A stretch of DNA of 64,000 bases from Vicugna vicugna (lineage: Eukaryota): the NCBI GenBank assembly GCA_013265495.1, contig MU063738.1, forward strand, positions 248,001 to 312,000, given 5' to 3'. This document shows positions 11,092-24,400 of this stretch, in pieces. The notes under the pieces are model-generated. The model made no database searches, was not told where the DNA came from, and saw only the letters and a list, made by a program, of their open reading frames with translations. Numbering within the stretch: the stretch's first letter is position 1; each line of letters begins with the position of its first letter. The position numbers and the translations under genes are program-made.

Positions 11092-14000
11092 TCAGGGGAT
11101 GTGCGAGCACCCTGATGTCACCTTCCAGGGCTACCCAAGGGAAGGTTTACTGGGAGTGCCAGGACAGACTTACAGTCCAAACGAAGAGCCGGCTAATCAA
11201 AGCAGCTCAGAGAGGAGCCGGCTGGGGTAGGGGGCTGGGGGCGGGCAAAGAGAGGGGTTAACAGAACACGCGTGGACAGAACCGGGCCATCAGGAACACG
11301 CCCAACTGTGCTCTGAAATCTCGGGACAGCCAGCGTGTGTGCGTACACGGGCTGGGAACAGGGTGGCCCCCAAGTGAGAATGGAACAGCCCTGGGGGTCG
11401 GAGTCTGCCTCCAGCTCCTGGGCACCTGCTTCAACCTGACGACCAACCACAGCCCTCACAGAGTGATGCCGACATAGCTCCTGGGCCACAGTGAAGCGGA
11501 CCCACTTTCCAGTCTCACCAGTGCGTGGTCAACAGCAGTCACTGACAGGCCCTGCTGCTCCTGAGACACCCGGGGGAGCAGACGAAGTCACCCATGAGGC
11601 AGCCCCCACCCCAGGCCCCTACCTTCGTCTGCCAGCGCTCACAACTGGGCCTCTTCCTACCTCCAGAGCCGCCGGTGCTGCCACCCATCCAGAGCTGGGT
11701 GCTGACCTACGCAACTCGGTTGCGCGGGCTCGGAGGTGTGAACTCAGGGCCCTGGTGTCTCCACTGCAGGCCGGCTCCCGCTGCCGACAGCCCACATCCA
11801 GATCTGACGGATCAGCAGGACACAGGTGGGGCTTCCATCAGGGGAGGTGCTCCTGCTGCTCAGGGCAGACCTGAGACTGAGCCGGCCGGGTAGAGAAACA
11901 CCGCCTGCAGCCTGGACGCCCGGAGCCGCGTGCCCACACTCGACACGGCCCAGGAGAGGCATGCAGGACACGAGGCAGCAGCTCTCCCCACCCCACAAAC
12001 TGGTTCCTGCCCGTGTCCACCTCCTCTGGCCTCTGCGCTCCTGCACCCACCCAGCCCTCGGGAGGAGAGTGGTGACCCGGCACCGAGTCCACCCTCCAAC
12101 CCGATGTGCTCTCAGTTTGAGTCGAGAAGAAAACAAGAATTTTTAAACTTAGAAAGAGCAAAACTTCTGAGTTTGAGAATGTTATCTCCCAGGAATAAAC
12201 GAATCAGAGTTTCAAGCACAGAGGGGCGGGGTGCCCATCCCAGCCTCACTTCAGACGGGCCACGCGCTAGAGCCCAGGGAACCCAGACGTTCTGATCGCT
12301 GGGTCCCTCCACACTGCCTCACTTACTGGGTCAGGGGCTCACGTCCTCTGAGGTGCTGAAACCTGACTTAAAAACCAGCATGGGGACCAAGATCTGCAGA
12401 AGCAGCTGGGCCCAGGACCTCCTGTGACTGACAACAGGGTCAGGGAGGGAAGGACACCAGCGGGACCAGGAGCCCCCTCTTGACTCAGCTGACACCCTCC
12501 CTTTCAAGGTGCAAAGCTGAGTAACTGCAGTGCCGCCCCGTGGCCACCTTGCAACAAAGGCCAGCAGCTGGGACCCTCTGCCCCATGACCTGGCTGAAAT
12601 GCTGGCCCTTCTCGTGTCTGTTTTGGCGGGGAGAGGCTGCACGGGGGTCCGACATCCAGAGACAGAATCGAGTGCCCGGCTCCTCAAACTGCTGCTCTCA
12701 GTTCTGCTCCAGTAAAGGCCCTGGTGCAGGAATAGGAGTCCACGCGCCTCTGTGGGGCCCACGCCTCCTCCCTCCCTGAGCAGAGCTAACACGCACACGT
12801 CCGATCAGGGCAGGGGAGTGGATCAAAGGACCCCCAACAAAAACCTGAGCCCTCCCCCACCAGAGGCTGCCGAGACACGTGCATCTTGGCCTCAGACAAG
12901 GAGTGGGTGTGGGAGAGGCCTGGGAGGCCCTAGGAGAGCACATGCCCATGGGCAGGAAGAGGAGGCGGGTGGGAGGCTCTGGGGTCCAGACGAGACTGCC
13001 CAGCAGAGTCAGGGCCCCGATCGGCTGGGCCTGGGGCTGGGGTCCTCGTGCCCAGGAGCCCCAGGGAAGGAGAAGTGGCCTTGGAAGACACGGAGCCGAA
13101 GCTCAGGCCAGAGACGCTCGGGAATGGCCGGTCCTCACTCCCACAGGTGCAGCGAACCAACGAGGAGGACCCTCCACCCGATGCTGATGCCCCTAGCCAG
13201 ACCTGCGGTGACCAGGTGGGCTGCCACCAGGCCCACCGCCCCTGCAGCAGCACAGCTTGAAGAAACGGGACCGCAGCCTCTGGAAGAGACGGAGTTGAGA
13301 GTCCACCTAACAAAGTGAATTGCATACGAGAGAGCTCCTGAGGTCGTGGGAGGGTTTACACCGTCCTGAGCTCCAGCCACAGAGCCCAGCGGTCCTGAGG
13401 GGAAGGCCTGTGTGACAGAAGGCTGCGAGCGTGCAGGACATGCCGCCGGGCTCTGGAGCCGGCCACACTCCTGAAAGGCACCGACCGAGCCGGGGAGCTC
13501 CCTGCAGCCCCTCGCCTCGCCTGTCTACGCAAGAGGGTCAAAGTGCTTTCTAGTAAGTTGATTTTCTTTTCCTGAGAAAGAGGCAGCAGGCACACCAGTC
13601 CTGCCCCAACACCCAGGACGGAGCAGACGCTTGTGGTGCAAGGTTCGAACTTCAGTCTCATCAGCGTCCCCGAGACAACACAAAGCCTCACCGGCCGTCA
13701 CTGCCGTTAGATAACGGCTGGACGTGGAAGAGGGTGGGTACTCTAGGAAAAGGGGTTTTGTCAGAGGAGACGTGTTCCCTGCTCTGGGTTTGGGACCTTG
13801 GATTATAGCTTCTGAGTTAAAGAGCACATGATGTCTCTGAGGGCCAGGGAGAACATTTCATTTTCCAGAGAGAAAAAACGGACAGAGGTAGCGTGTATTG
13901 AGAACAGACCACTACACCCTGAATGTCACCAGCAACCCTAACATGACCTGCACACTCAAGATAAACCAACCATGGAATAAAGCTCCCACCACGAGCAGGT

Positions 14001-15401
14001 GCTTACGTACTAATGCTGGGTCATCGCCAAGAACTAGCAATTTAACTTCGGCTGGACTAAAGGAGCTGTCTGTCCAATACTAATTTTAAAAGGTGGATTT
14101 TGTTCAGAGAACAGCGAGACGGGACAGGCGTGAAAGACACGTGGGCAACGATTCACAGGATGGGGTGTCCCCTGGAAGGAGACCACGGGTCAGCAACCGC
14201 CCAGGCCCACGAAGCTGCCGTGCTAGAGGAACCCCGGACAGTCAGCCGAGTCCACGGAAGGCTCCATGCACGTGAGGAACCCTTTCCACTACCAGAGTGG
14301 CCCAGCTCTCGAGGAATACGTGCACAGCCACCAGAGGCTACCTGGCCGGGGTCGAGGGGCAGGGCTTCCCCAGGACCCCAGGCCTCCCCACGCCAGGACT
14401 CCGCGACTCACTGAGGGGTTTAAAGTGACTCATCCTTTTAACCCTCTGTTGTGAAGTCACTTCTCCCGCTGGTGTCTCAGAAGACAAGCACCTCTCCCCT
14501 AGATCCCGCCCCAGAGTCACCAAGGTCATGGCCACCCTCAAGCACAGCGGCTCTCATCCTCCGTTTCTTGTCATGAGGGTGCAGTGGCCTAGGACCTCCC
14601 TCCACCCAGTGCATCTCTGTCCCCCACGCCCCCCACCTCCACGCCTCCTGCAATGGCGTGGTTTCTCCGCCGGAGCAGGAGGAGGTCAGGGGAGGCAGGG
14701 CAGTGGGTGTGCAGAGGGCAGACTTTCTCATGAGGAAACTCGTGTGAGATGAGAGGGCAGCTGCATCGCAGGGAGAGGCCAGGGGCCTCCAAGGCTAAGA
14801 GCCAGGATCAGGGGCCTGACCCAGGTCTATACCACACAGCACGCGGGCTGGGGCATCATGGAGAAAGGACAGAAAGGGTCCAGGGCTCCCCGCGCCCTGG
14901 GGAGAGGGCGTTAAGACCACCCGGGTGTCACCACCGGCAGCAGCGGGGAGCTAGAGAAGTCAGTTCCTGAGAGGACCCCAGTGCAGAGTCACTGTCACCT
15001 TGGGATCTACCAAGCGGCTCGAAGGCGGCCTGACGTGTCCCAGCGCTGGGGCTCCTCCCGCCTCCTGGACAGGGTCCCCGTGGGGGCCCACGGGGACAGC
15101 GTAGGGCTGGGCTACTGGCCCAGGCAGAGGCCCAGCACATCTGGACCAAATCCAACGTGGACGAGGGGCTGGCAGCAGGTGAGGGGATCCTTCACACAGG
15201 ACGGACCCTCCAGCCCAAGGGACCGCAACTGGGGTCCACTGAAACTGCTCAGACCTGGCGGGGGCTGGAGGGCGGGGCACCGACAGGGCAGAGGCGGCGC
15301 CTGGAGGGCCCAGAGCCAGGGCCTCCAGCAAACACCGCTTCTCTTGCTGGAGGGGAGGCGGGGGCGGCGGGCTGTCCTCACCCTCCAAGCCAGAGCCACG
15401 T

Positions 15402-15488
15402 CTATTTGGACAATTTGCTGATGACTCTGATGAGGGCGCCGTTCTCATCCTTCAGCCTCTGGTTGTCAGACTTCAGTTCCGTCAGGAC
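15402..15488 (-). CDS. PPP1R12B: PPP1R12B last exon, leucine zipper [28 protein letters not shown]
   Basis: cctcacag|GTC ... AAA TAG; canonical MYPT-family leucine-zipper end. Confidence 0.96.
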   Translation of the reverse strand, partial: VLTELKSDNQRLKDENGALIRVISKLSK

Positions 15489-18400
15489 CTGTGAGGCGAG
15501 AGAAGGGGCGTCAGGGCCTGGTGACCGCCTCCGGGCCCGGCCAGCTGGCCGGCCAGCCCACTGAGGGGGCTCCCTGGGGCCTTCCTGATCACTGAGGGGC
15601 CGTGGCCCTTGGCCTGCGACACACAGGCATAAGATCCTGCTTCTCCATCTGGGAACAAGTGACGATGGCTCCCGCCCCAGCCCATCTCTGGTCCAGAGGA
15701 ACTGGGGAGCCCAGGGAGCTGGGAAGACTCGGGAAGGGACTCAGGAGGGATCGCCGGGGTCGACGGGCAGAGTGAGAGGGATGCTGTCAGAACAGACGCT
15801 GGTGGGCTTCCCCTCCTGCCCACGAGACGGCTGCAGGGTCCTGCGTCTTGTGCTTTCCGTGGTAGAATCACACCGATTCCAACCGCTAGAGCCCAGGTGT
15901 ATGTGCCCTGAGGGGCCCCGGGCCGCGGCAGCTGGGGGGAGCTGTCCACTCCAGCAGTCCTGCCACTTTGAACATCACAGAGCTCCCACTGCAAGGCATG
16001 GGGAGGTCAGGCACTCAAGCCGAAGTCTGAAGAGGGGCGTGGTGAGGACACAGTCTGTGTGTGACCGTGGTGGCAGCAAGAGTGAGGTCAGAGAGCAAAT
16101 GCTTCTTCACCACAAAGGTGCCAGAATCTACACCCAGGTCTGTTCGTTGCACATGTCCTCTCACCGGTCACCCGGACCCACTGGACTCCAAGGCATGCGA
16201 CGCCCCAGCTTCAACCCAGTTCTGCTCTGTGGTCAACCACTCAGGGATCAGTCAGATGCCGGCAAGAATGGGGCTGTTCCCTCACTGCTTCGTGGAGGAT
16301 GGAGGTCCAGGTGTGAGAGATGCGTGTGCGTGGACCGCACACTCAGGGACTTGGTATCCAGGGACAGAGGACACAGGATGGAAGGCGAGGGGGGGGCTCC
16401 ACTTCACAGCCCCAAGTGAGAGCTGGTTACCACGCGTCCACAGGTGATGCGGTGAGGACTGTCGTTACCGGTCCAGGCACCCAGCTGTTAAATGGCGAAG
16501 CTGACGCTGACCCTAAAGGTCACTCCTTTGGCACCAGGTGGCCTGAGGGTGGAAACAAAGCACAAGCCCAGAGGCCAAGACTCCGGCAGCGCCGTCGTTA
16601 CCGATGCCCCGCGCCACGCCAGGCGCACTCCTCTCCTCTCTGGGTTTCCTTCCTGCACCTAGAAGAGGGTGGCCCTGTGCACCCGCGGACACCACACTGT
16701 GCGCTGCAGGACCCAGAACTCCTCCCCCCTGGGGCACGGGTGGGCACGTGGGTGTTCACACATGCCACTAAGAGGATATCAATCCAGAAAATGTCAAGCT
16801 AGACCTTTAGTACCTCTGACCTGCCTCTCCCCAGCTCCATCAGAGCCGCCGGCTGGCCCCTTCCGACTCCATGCCTTGGCCTCAACCCCCGGAACGAGAG
16901 CTCAGGACTCGAGCCAAGAGGGTTTTAGGACAAATCCACCCAGGATGGCCCCCAGGTCCTGCAGCGGGGCACAGAGGACGTGCTGTGTGGGACAGCTGCA
17001 CGTCACTGAGGGCGGCTCAAGTCGGATCTGACCCCCCGCCCCATAAAAAGTGTACAGACACGCCGTTGAGCCTGGGAGGCTTACTTCTACGTTAAGAACT
17101 TCACTCTTTGGGAAAAAAGTTGGACAAAGCAGTTTCCCAGCTGCCCCACACGACCACCGGCATCTTGGGGGAGTCGGAGAGCAGGAGTGGAACGCAGGGG
17201 CCGCAGGGAAGCCTCCTGTCTCAGCAGAGCAAGGAGGAAGTGGAAGGGCATCTGGGGCCCACTCGAAGCCAACAGACGGTTAAGTAAAAACACGTGAAAG
17301 CTCTACGCACACGCGGTTTAACGCCGCTTCCTCGTTCCTGGAAGGCCAGTTTACCACAGCTTGACTTTAAGGCCGACGCACATCTTCTCAGACAGGGCTG
17401 CTTCTAACTCCACAGGGAGCGCGGCAGAGAGGAGGGCGGGGCCCACGTACTGAGAGAAGGTGTCTTCTCCAGGGTTATCAGGAACCAAAACACCAACCCC
17501 CAACCCGAGAGGCAGGCAAACCCCCCTCCGCTGGTCCGGCTTCTCCCTTGGCAGGGACGGCAAGCTACTCCTGGAAAGCGCTAGGTGGAGAGCAGGGGGT
17601 CTGGAGCCCCGTGGTCACTGCTGCCGTGGCACAGAGGCACCCATGGACACACCGACACGTGGACAACGGCCAGCTCACTCCAGGCAAACTTCACTTCCAG
17701 ACACTGAACGTTGACTCCACGGGATTTTCATGTGTCATGAGACACTCCTTGCCTTCTGACTTCTTCCATCTAACTGGCTGTGAGCCCCATGGGCGGCCGG
17801 AGCCCGCTGGCCCTGCTGGGGAAGGTCTCCGCATGGCAGAACCTTCTGGAAGTGAGACCCCCGCTGCTGGGGTCTGGGGCCTGCACTCTTGGTTTGCGTG
17901 TTGGTCCCACCATGTACTCTCTGAGTGACCTCGGGCAAGTTACTTAATCTATGACTCAGTTTTTCAACACGAAAGATGACTGTTCTGGGGAATAAATGGA
18001 AACAGCAAACGCAGCAGTCAGCACGGGCCTCTGCGGGCACAGCGGTCACTGTGTCCTCAGCTCCATAAGCTCGAGCTCCAGCTTCACCTCCTGCCATGCT
18101 GTCCCGCACGAGGAGAACCAGGAAGAACTGGAGGGTGTCTAGGGGTCCCCAGTTCGCCCGAGTCAGATATGGTTGATCTCAGGGCGTGGAGGTCGGCCCT
18201 GATGCGTGCTGGCCAGTGGGTGGGTGAGCTGCGGGGTCTGGCCCAGGAGCCCCGCCTCTGCCCTGAGCGACAGCATCTCAGCCTGACGTTAGCTCTACCA
18301 CCCCCCCACCCCGGGATGCAGGTGCATCAGATCCCGGAGTTAGTTACCAGCAGCTGACCCTGAGGGCACAAGCAACAGGCAGAAATCAGCAGGCCCAGTG

Positions 18401-21400
18401 GGGACCAGGGGGAACTCATTTTGGACCGTGAGCCCTCAGCAGCCCCCGCGCCGTCAGGATGGACACGCGCCACCTGTGAGCTTGTTTTTCAGACCTGCAG
18501 CCAGGGAGAGGCTCCCAGTTCTCATGCTGGCCGTGGGCGCCTGCCACCTCCATGCAAAGCCCCCTGTCCGGGAGGGCACATCTCCAGGCCCAGATCCGTG
18601 ACAGGGAGGAGACGCAGCCCCCACGGAGGCAGGAGGCCAACCCTGCTGGGTGGTGGGTGGGAGTGGGGCAGCCCCCCCCCAGCCCCAGCCCTCCGCCTGG
18701 TACCCAGCGTTGAGGTCCTCAGCCCCGGCAGCACCACAGAGCCAACAGGGAGCTTTGTGCAAATACTGCTGCCCGGGTCTTGCCCGGACCACCAAGCCTG
18801 GGCAGTGCCCCCACCGTGGTTCCGTCACCTGCTCCAGGGACAAGGCTGCGCGTGGGTGGTTGCTGACGAGAAAGCCAGACCTCGTCCGACAGGGACCCCC
18901 CCACCCTGACACGTGACCCCTGTCCAGTCTCGAGGGCCAGTCTCACCACACAGCCTGCTGCCCCAGGCAAGGCCCTACCCCGGGGTCTTGGCCCCAGCTC
19001 GTCGGTCTCCAGACCTCTGACCTTCACAGGAGTCTGCGTGGGAGGCTCGGGGTGGGGGCAAGGCTTGGGACCAACAGGAGAGTGAACCTGCCTGGCGTGG
19101 AGGAGGGGAGTGAGGTGGAGAAGGGGCAGGACTAGAGCCCCTGGGGTTCCGAGCACTCGACGGACTCCGAGAGCCTGGCCACGACTCGGGTCAGGGCCCT
19201 GTTCTCAGCCTGCAGCTGCTCGTTCATCTGCTTCAAGGTCTGAATCTGTTTTAGCTGATGGAGGTTCTGTGGAAAGTGAGACACGAAGGGACAGACAGAC
19301 AGACCAGAGGAGATAAAGTGGGACAAAGAAATCACATGATTGTTTTTGTTTTCAGTTCGCGTGCAAAAGGACAGGAGAGAGGCAGGTGTGTGGTGAGGGG
19401 CGGGGGCTGAGGTCTGTGTGTGCCGGAGTCAGCCCCGGGGCTCCCGGTGAGCGCGTCTGGACTGCCGCTGAGAACCGTGTGCCGGGGCCCTGCTCCAGCG
19501 GGTGGGGGCTCAGTGGTTCAGTGCGGCCCCCTCCCCCTCTGCTCATTCTTCTCCTTGACCCGGCCCATTACTCACACTCCTTTCTGGGTCCTTCTCTTAC
19601 CTCACTTATTTTTCACTTTAAAAAATAAAATAAAACCAGGAAAGAAAAAGGGCCTGTTGCTTCGACACATGCGGCACCCCCTGCAGCCCCAGCTTGTCTT
19701 GAGTTCACGACCGCCAACCTGCCTGCGCTGCTCGGGGGCCTGCACCATGAGTCCACGGCCCAGCCCGCTCTCTGTTGGCTCGCGGGGAGGCTGGCAGCAG
19801 CCTGGAGGTGCCCCAGAAGGGCTCCCACTGGGAAAATGACAGCTGTGTACTCGAGCTGGGGTCACGAGCTGGGGAAGATGGCTGGGGGCCACATTGGCCC
19901 AGCCCTTGCCTCTTAGTGGTGTGAATGGAGTGGAATAGCCAGCCCTGGGTGTTCCTCCTAGTCCCTCGTGTCCATGAAGGAGCCAGGCCGCTGACCCTGA
20001 AGCTGAGACTGTCAGCTTCTGGGAGGAGGAGACGGTTCTGTTATGTGAATGGGGCTTTGTGGATGAAGACAACAGTCCTGTGGGTCTCAGGGAGGTCACT
20101 GGGCACTGGAGAAAAGCCTGCCGTACTCACAGGGACAGAAGGATGGAAATGGAAGGTCGTAGGAGTTACAGGTGTTCAAGGACAAGCAAGGATGTGAGAG
20201 ACAGCGCGAAGGGGAAACAGTGAAAAGGAAACACAACAGAGACAAAAGTGCAGACTCGCCCCCCTCGACTGGGGTCATGGGGGTCACCACTTCGGGAAGA
20301 AGGGAGGGTGGGTGGTCCCGAGTCGTGGAGAGGACAGAGGAGGAGCTATGGGCGGCCTGAGGGGAGATCTAAACAGGTGGGCAGGGCACAGACTGAAAAA
20401 CCAGTGGGAAGCCCTGGCTCCCGCCCCTCCCTGGGGTGGACACGGGACCACAGCTGCCAACAGGGGACATGAAGTGGTCCTTGCCTCCAAGGGAGCAACA
20501 CTGAACTGTGAGAATGGCTCGGCCCACTGTGTGCACACAGCAGACGGAGGGGAGGAGGGCGGAGGTTACCAGCAGTGGGGCAGGGGCAGGACTGAGAACA
20601 AGGTGGAGCTGGGGAGTCAGCCAGGGCTGCTTCCAGAGCAAGTAAAACACAAAATCCAAGACCCACCTGAAGGGGCTGGGGAAGGGGACCAGAGGAGGTG
20701 TGGGGAGGAGGGGGAGAGGCACGGAGAAGAGCTCGCCTCTGACGTGGGCCCCCCAACGCCCGTCAGAGGCCGGCATATAATCCTGCTGCAACTGCGCCTG
20801 AGTGGCTTCTCCTGGGGAGACCCACAACACTCACCTCCAAGTAAAGCCCAGACGGGCACAAGCCATGTCAATCCACGGAGCCCACGTCCCCTGGCCTTCA
20901 CTCGCCAGGGGCAGGAGAGCGGGTGCGACTCCCTCTCTGTCCCTGCGCACCTACTATACCCGCAAGGTTCCCTGGAGGTTGATGCCCACCACCCCTACCG
21001 AGGGCTCCGGGTCTGAGCATCCATATGAACTGAACAGGCCCACTGGGCCCCTGGTGTGACAGGTCAGTGATCTGTGCTGCTGCTGGCCCGCTGCCAAGAA
21101 CACGAAGATGCTGTCCCCACGGGCTGCAGTCCGGAAGAGCCTGAGAACTAACCAAGCACCTCCCTAACCTCCCTGGGGCCCACTCGCCAACGCTACGGCG
21201 TGCGAGCCTGAGTATCTAACACCCCCAAGAATGGTCCAGATGCAAACACACCCTAAAGTCGGCTGGTGGGCAGCCTGCACGCACCCCTGTCCGCTGCGTA
21301 GGCCTGGCACAGGCTCTGACCTAGCGAACGCGTCCCGGCACAGAGCCAGCAGGTGCTGCTTCCCCAAGGGGCCCTGTGCCTGGCAGCAGGGGGTGAAGGC

Positions 21401-24400
21401 AGCTGACTGAGCCGGCAGACTTTTCAACTGAAAAATAGTCTGTTTCCAACTGGTATACCTACTGGGTTGGGGCTGAAGTCAAGACAAGTTCCACCTTCAT
21501 CTGAAAGGGGCTGGCACTCGAGGCAGGGCTGGGGGGCCCAGTGCCTCCATGTACTCGGTCTCTAAGGAGGAGAGAGCCCACGACCCACTCAGGAAGCTGT
21601 CACAGCTGAAGACGGTGCACCTGCCTCGTCCCACAGCACCCAGGGCGCCCAGGCCTGCCCACCTGGAGTGGGGAGGAAGGAAGGAAGGACCCAGGACAAT
21701 GCAGAGTCCTGAGACTGGCGGGGACAGCCAGCTGGGTTCCTGTGGACCCGTGAAAGGCACCAGCTCTGGCCTCACTTACGGGCAGAGGCCATCTCCTAAC
21801 GAGCACCTCGACAGCCGCCCAGCAGATGGTGCGACTCAGGGGCTTCGAACACAAAGGAGATCCACCCGACCACGAGCTGTGGACCCACCATCACTGGCTG
21901 TTCAGCTCTGGGTGGGAGGCACTTTGGAGCGGGAGGTGAGAGAAAAACCAGAAGACGGGGAAGCTGACAGCGTCTGTCATCTCAGGAGAACACACACCAG
22001 TTATTTCTGCTTCCTGCTGGTCTCGAAAAACACCAAGTGTCACCGTCTGAGACACAGGCGGGCACTGTTGGGGACTCTGTGCGTGTGGGACACAGGGCGG
22101 GGCTCACTCCGGAGCAGCACTGAGGAGCAGGGCTACCAGCACCGATCCGGTGTCGACGTGACCCATCAGGCCAGGGGGACAACAGCTGGCTCTCCCACAA
22201 CGCCTGAGGGACCCTGGCTCCAGCGGGCATCTGGGGCTCCGCTCACACTGCCCTGGGCCCCGCGTTCCTGGGGAGGAACCGCATTCCACGGATGAAGAGA
22301 GGGGAGATGGCCAAGAGGCTGGGTGGGTCCGGGCGCCAACCCCACACGCTGCGGGCCCACAGCTCAGGTCTGGCACGGCTCCCCTCCTCAGGGCAGAAGA
22401 GGTGCTGGCTCTGAGAGATCCAACTGCCCCAGGGTGACTGCCCCCGCAAAGGGCTGAGGGAGGTGCCGGTCACTGCAGGTCACAGTGAGCGTTTTGGGGG
22501 ACGTGGACCCGGGCAGGAAGTCAGGCTGTGAATAAACCATTCCTCCACCACACAGTGACTCCAACTGTGTCCCCTGTGGCAAAGGGCGGGGGTAGGGAGG
22601 CCTTGGGGGGCCCGGCCTTTCTCGTGTTCCCAGATGCCTCACGTGGGGCAGGGAGCCGGAACCCCTGCTCTAGCCTTTCGTCTGGCCCCTCCTCGGGGGT
22701 GAAGCCCTCGCTCAGAAAACCTTCTGTTCAGCCCAGGTATGTCTCTAGCTCACCAGAGGACGCCCCTACACCATAGGCCTCGACTGTTCCCAGAGAGGCA
22801 GTGGGGGCTGGGGGCCTGAGGTAAGCTGAGCACCTGGGGGCCGAGCGCCCGCCCTGCACAGAGAGGAAGCCCCACCCTACCTTCATCTCCTCTTCCATCT
22901 CTGACATCTTCCGCTCCAAGGCTCGCCTCTCCTGTTGGAAACAACATGATCATTGAACATCCAATGGATTCGGAAAGGAGCCCGAATGCTGGTCCTGATG
23001 CCATGGGCTAACCTCACCCAGGATGGAGCACCGCCCATCCTGACACCTGCAGGGGGGCGGCTTCCCAGGTGAGAGCCACGTTGCCTAAACCTCCTACCAG
23101 ACGACTCCAAGATTCACGGGGACGCGAGTCGCCCAACAAGCAAACGGGGTCAGACTAGGGCGCTCCGAGTCCTTGCGGGAAGCTGAGCTTTCCATGAACT
23201 TTCAAATGACTGCCAGTGGCCAGGGCCTCGTGCTCTGTGTTAACACTGTCTTCCACGATGCCCTCCGAATTCCCAGGGAGCTGCTTCTCTCCTGCTGGGG
23301 AGGCAGACATCCCCGCCAACAAAGGAACAAACACTCCCCCAGTTCACCTCTTTCCTGCAACGGTCCTGCCTTAGCCGGAACCCAACAGATGGGAACAAAA
23401 CACACAACTTGGTTGCTTTCCAAATTAAACAGACAACAAGAGAGATGGGAACTCACTGCAGCCCTGGGGTCAAGTCGAAGCGGGCTTATCATTGAATCTG
23501 AGTTTTCTCCACACAGACGTGCCAGCCTCCAGAGGGAGATTCTGAGTGTGGGCAAGGGGCCAGTGGCTGAACCAGGGCCCCCCTCCCCCGAGTAAGCGTA
23601 AGACTCCGGCCTCCCAGGCTTCACGTCCTAAGATCTAACTCAGTGGTCCTGCTGAGCCCTCCCTCTGTTCACAGGGCCCAAGCACTGGGGGTGGGTGAGT
23701 GTGCGCAGCCGGCTTCCGCAGGCGATGCAGGCGGCCTTCCCAGGACCCTGCCCGCCCGGGCTGGACCATGGAAGGAGCCCTGAGCTCAGAGGAGGCCAAA
23801 GGCCAGCAAGCAAACTGCCGTCCGGAGTCAGGCAGAAAGAATGTGCAGCCGAGCTGGGAGGGGACGTGGAGGACCCGCCTCTGCAGAGGAGCTTTCTCCA
23901 CTGGCAGGAGGGGCGAGTCCCAGCCCTCAGGGAGGGCAGGGCCGGGGCGGGGTGCAGGCATACCCGCTTCTCCGTCTCCAGCACCGATGACCGGTCTGAG
24001 GTCTTCTCCTGTTTTTGCTGGTGCAAATGGAGAAGGACAGTTGTTACTCAGGGTGTCTCAGGCCAGGCGGCCCGTCCAGCCCAGCCTCCAGAGACAGGCG
24101 TCGGGGTAGCAGGGCCCCAGCCCGCAGGCCCCGATGGGCCGCTAAGTCTAATGTTACTGCCCTTTGACCTGCACAGGACCCACCCCTCCCCGGGACGGGG
24201 CGGCAGCAGCAGTGAACACAGTGGCAAGCACAGGCACACACACGTGCACACGTGCATCCTTCAAGGCCGACTATCCTCTCCCACCGCCCTCGCTGCCTCT
24301 CCTGCTGCCGCCTCGCAGCCCAGAGACCAAAGTGCCTTGTCTCCTGTGACAGGCGGGGGCCCAAGGGGATCTCGCCGTGCTGCTGCCTCTGCTTGGGGAC

